64,000 nt of DNA, taken from Candidatus Poribacteria bacterium. GTDB lineage: Bacteria; Poribacteria; WGA-4E; PCPOR2b. Position numbers and translations under genes: made by a program. The notes beneath the pieces were generated by a model. The model searched no databases and was not told the origin of the DNA. It saw only the letters and a program-made list of their open reading frames with translations. Within the stretch, counting starts at the first letter, position 1. Every line of letters starts with the position of its first letter. Below, piece by piece: positions 60,885 through 64,000 of the stretch. The stretch covers positions 2,496,001-2,560,000 of the forward strand of contig OZ220744.1 in NCBI GenBank assembly GCA_965116925.1. The letters are read 5' to 3'.

Positions 60885-62813
60885 ATGCTTAGACAAGAAC
60901 CCTCTACCAGAATTAGCAAACGTGCGGTGCTGATCGGCGTGGTGCTGATTATTGCCAACAGCTATTGGATTGCCTACATCGAGATGTTGTGGCATACCGC
61001 GCACCTGACGATCGTTACGTTGTCAGTCAACGTTATGTTCGCGCTCCTCGTGATTACGGGGTTGAACATCATTGTTCGTCAGATTGCTCCGAGTGCTGCA
61101 CTCAGCCGGCAAGATCTGTTAGTTATCTACGGGATGCTGGCTGTGGGGAGTGCATTCTCTGGGCATGACTGTATGCCTCGCTTAATGGGACTCATCCCGT
61201 ATGCCTTCCGTTTTGCCACCCCTGAAAACGATTGGGAGGCACTGCTATTCCGTCACCTGCCACCGTGGTTGGTTGTTTCAGACTTGAGAGCGGTTACCGA
61301 CTTTTTTGAGGGCGAAGTCGACTTCTTCAGAGATGGTTACTTTCGATATTGGATCACGCCCATCCTATCGTGGTCGATTGTTATCTTCTCGTTGATGCTG
61401 ATTTTTCTATGTTTGACTTCTCTGATTAGGCGGCAGTGGGTGGTGCATGAGAAATTGGCGTATCCCGTGATCCAAATTCCGCTTGAAATCACGGCGGACA
61501 ACGGAGCGATCTTCAAAAATCGTCTGCTCTGGATGGGGTTTGGAATTGCTGCGGGGATCAATCTGCTCAACGGGCTCCAATATTTCTTCCCTGCATTGCC
61601 CTCAATCCCTGTCAAGCAATACGATCTCAATATCTACTTTACGCAGAAGCCGTGGAGCGCGTTGGGGAGTATGCCGTTGCGGCTGCATCCCTATATGATT
61701 GGTCTCGGCTTTATCCTTCCCTTGGACCTCTCCTTTTCCTGTGCGTTTTTCTATCTGTTCGGCAAAATGCAACTGTTATACGGGAGCATGATGGGTATCA
61801 TGCACCTGCCGGGCTATCCTTTCTTCGGTGAGCAGGGCACTGGTGCACTGTTTGCGCTGCTGCTTATCACGTGCTGGAGCGGCAGAAGGCATTTCGCGCA
61901 AGTCTTCTCTCGTGTGCTTCGCCCGGATCGCGAGGATGAAGCGGATGAGCCGATCTCTTATCGCGCCACAGTCATTACACTGTTTCTGTGCCTTTTGGTG
62001 TTGATGGGCTTCTGCATAAAATGCGGTATGTCTGTCTGGGGCTGTATAATTTTCATCTCTATCTATCTGCTAATTATTGTAGGATTGACACGGATGCGAG
62101 CGGAGTTGGGCCCCCCGATTCAGGCGGTCGGGTATGTCACGCCTCAATACCTGACGATCTCGATGTTCGGCACACGTCGGCTCCGGGCGGGGAATCTGAC
62201 GATGCTCTCGATGCTGAATTGGTTGAGCGGCGCGAGTTACGCGTCGTTTCGGACGCACCCGATGCCCGATCAGATGGAAGCGTTCAAACTCGCTGAACGC
62301 ACCGGCATCAGAAACCGCACAATGCTCATCGTGTTGATCATTGCCAGCATCGTGGGAATTGAATCGAGCCTCATCCTGTATCCTTATACGATTTACAAGG
62401 AAGGGGTTGCGGCGGGTTCAGAGCAGATTCATTCTGGCGGTGCAGAGGCGTACAATTTCCTGTCCTCATGGTTGATTAATCCGAAGCCGACGGATTGGTT
62501 GGCGATGGCAGTTCTTGGCATAGGCTTTCTAGTGAACATGGGGATTATGTTTCTCCGTGCCCGATTTGTATGGTGTCCGCTTCACCCTGCCGGCTATATT
62601 GTTGGCGTTGCCCCCGGTACAATGAACCTCGTCTGGTTCCCTCTGTTAATCGGGATGGCTGCGAAATGGGTGCTACTCAAACATGGCGGTATCAAGGGGT
62701 ATCGCCGTGGGATGCCCTTCTTTGTTGGGTTGGTACTCGGTGAGGCGTTGATAGGGTGTTTTTGGCCCATCATGAGCCTTGTGCTGCGTTCAGCGGTGTA
62801 TAGCTGGATCTGA
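60885..62813 (+). CDS. Polytopic membrane protein (DUF6785/DUF6784-like, possibly OPT-related transporter)
   Basis: RRQW...EKL.YP..Q.P, R.RAE.G.P, W.PLHP.GY, K...L.HGG...YR...PFF.GL.LGE. Confidence 0.7.
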   Translation: MLRQEPSTRISKRAVLIGVVLIIANSYWIAYIEMLWHTAHLTIVTLSVNVMFALLVITGLNIIVRQIAPSAALSRQDLLVIYGMLAVGSAFSGHDCMPRLMGLIPYAFRFATPENDWEALLFRHLPPWLVVSDLRAVTDFFEGEVDFFRDGYFRYWITPILSWSIVIFSLMLIFLCLTSLIRRQWVVHEKLAYPVIQIPLEITADNGAIFKNRLLWMGFGIAAGINLLNGLQYFFPALPSIPVKQYDLNIYFTQKPWSALGSMPLRLHPYMIGLGFILPLDLSFSCAFFYLFGKMQLLYGSMMGIMHLPGYPFFGEQGTGALFALLLITCWSGRRHFAQVFSRVLRPDREDEADEPISYRATVITLFLCLLVLMGFCIKCGMSVWGCIIFISIYLLIIVGLTRMRAELGPPIQAVGYVTPQYLTISMFGTRRLRAGNLTMLSMLNWLSGASYASFRTHPMPDQMEAFKLAERTGIRNRTMLIVLIIASIVGIESSLILYPYTIYKEGVAAGSEQIHSGGAEAYNFLSSWLINPKPTDWLAMAVLGIGFLVNMGIMFLRARFVWCPLHPAGYIVGVAPGTMNLVWFPLLIGMAAKWVLLKHGGIKGYRRGMPFFVGLVLGEALIGCFWPIMSLVLRSAVYSWI

Positions 62814-63610
62814 TCGAGTTTCAACTGTCCCTCCTTCCCTAAATTGACCGCAGAGACACAGAGAACGCAGAGAATAAAAAAGCAAGCAAAATCGCTTCCC
62901 TTCTAGTTGATTGATGTTCCCAAGTCGACATACTAAAGTTGACAAACTAATGTCGAGATGTGAATCTCGACCTACGGGAATTTGGTACTTCCTCTTCCTT
63001 CAATTTTTTCCCTATCCCTGTGCCCATTTCACACTATCTTGGTACATTGGGTTGTTGGATTGATGAATCCTGCACATGGCACTCCTCTGGAGCGCGATTG
63101 TTAGGCGTATTGCGATTCTGTAGACATATTGCTCCTTATGGGTTTTAAGAAATTAAACGGGTAATTCTATATTTCCCCAGACCCGGTAGGTGCGGTTGGA
63201 AACCGCGCCGGACATCGCTCGGAAATTACCCAATTAATAAATTAATCTTCATTTGGAGCAAAGAGACATCTATCTAGTACATTGTCAGATAAATGTAGCG
63301 CAAACTGTTAGTTTGCGGGCTCGGATCACAATCTAACAGATTGTGGTACAAAAGAGCACTTTTGCGAAACAGCTTTTTGAAAAAGAGGCTTCCCGATGAA
63401 AAACGGAGTTGGGTTTCACGGATCCCGTTCTGTCCAACCTACGATGCTGATAGACTTTCGATAGATAACAATTCCGGGAAAACTACACAAATTACACACG
63501 AATTTTCCCATTTTTCCCGCGAAAAAAGGCATGGGGAAAATGGGCATCCACTGAAAAACTCCCTCAGTTCGTATTAATCATTTTAGATATTCGTTTCTAT
63601 TTATGAAGTT

Positions 63611-63675
63611 AAATTGACAATTTTAGCGACATTTTGCAAATATATATTGACAATTTAATGATATAGTGTTATATT
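63611..63675 (+). promoter_or_regulatory. Sigma70 promoter TTGACA(63647)-17-TATATT with two ATTGACAATTT boxes
   Basis: Consensus -35, extended -10; quasi-palindromes at 63611-63623 and 63644-63656. Confidence 0.65.
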
Positions 63676-63718
63676 GTTATCAGAGCAATAAATCAAACCG
63701 TGAAGGAGTGAGATAATT

Positions 63719-64000
63719 TTGCGAAAGGTATTAGAGCAGTGTCCAACGTGTGGTGGTGAACTGACAATAACGGGTTTGCACTGCCGTTCTTGTCATACTC
63801 GGATTGAAAGCGAATATTCGACCTGCCGCTTCTGTCGCTTGTCCCAAGAGGACCTTGATTTCATTGAAATCTTTGTCAAGAATCGGGGTAATATCAGGGA
63901 GATGGAGCGTGAACTTGAGATCTCTTACCCGACGGTTCGTAGCCGGTTGAACGATGTGATCAAGGAGCTGGGTTATGAGGTTGAGGTGGAATCGGCTGCT
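63719..64000 (+). CDS. DUF2089 family Zn-ribbon/HTH protein (runs off the window; not in the ORF track)
   Basis: TTG after AAGGAG; MRKVLEQCPTCGGEL...CRSC...RGNIREMERELEISYPTVRSRL. Confidence 0.85.
   Translation, partial: MRKVLEQCPTCGGELTITGLHCRSCHTRIESEYSTCRFCRLSQEDLDFIEIFVKNRGNIREMERELEISYPTVRSRLNDVIKELGYEVEVESAA

Overview
This is a gene-dense bacterial chromosomal window with moderate GC and an AT-richer island at about 17.1-21.9 kb. The gene content suggests Candidatus Poribacteria (inference): four aldo/keto reductases, two Gfo/Idh/MocA oxidoreductases, a sulfatase, a PhyH dioxygenase, a BNR-repeat hydrolase, and secreted LRR/dockerin and cohesin/spondin proteins that share a 'NPFNPETWIPY...WDGRN...SGVYFY...RKMLILK' C-terminal domain (CTD). 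I found no rRNA, tRNA or CRISPR array. Main points: (1) a candidate non-cellulosomal cohesin-dockerin surface-display system whose members share a T9SS-like CTD, flanked by deletion relics of the same family; (2) a formate dehydrogenase alpha subunit split in the ORF track by an in-frame UGA that is almost certainly selenocysteine, with an fdhF-type SECIS hairpin; (3) many intergenic repeat families (GTAG-type REPs, Correia-like MITEs carrying a REP, double-hairpin units, 7-9 bp microsatellites) that nest inside one another, receive an IS3 insertion and supply some stop codons; (4) a HindVP-type restriction-modification island with a small third gene; (5) a catabolic cluster with two hydantoinase B paralogs and no A subunit, fused to the remains of a toxin-antitoxin locus. 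All family assignments come from motif recognition, not database searches.
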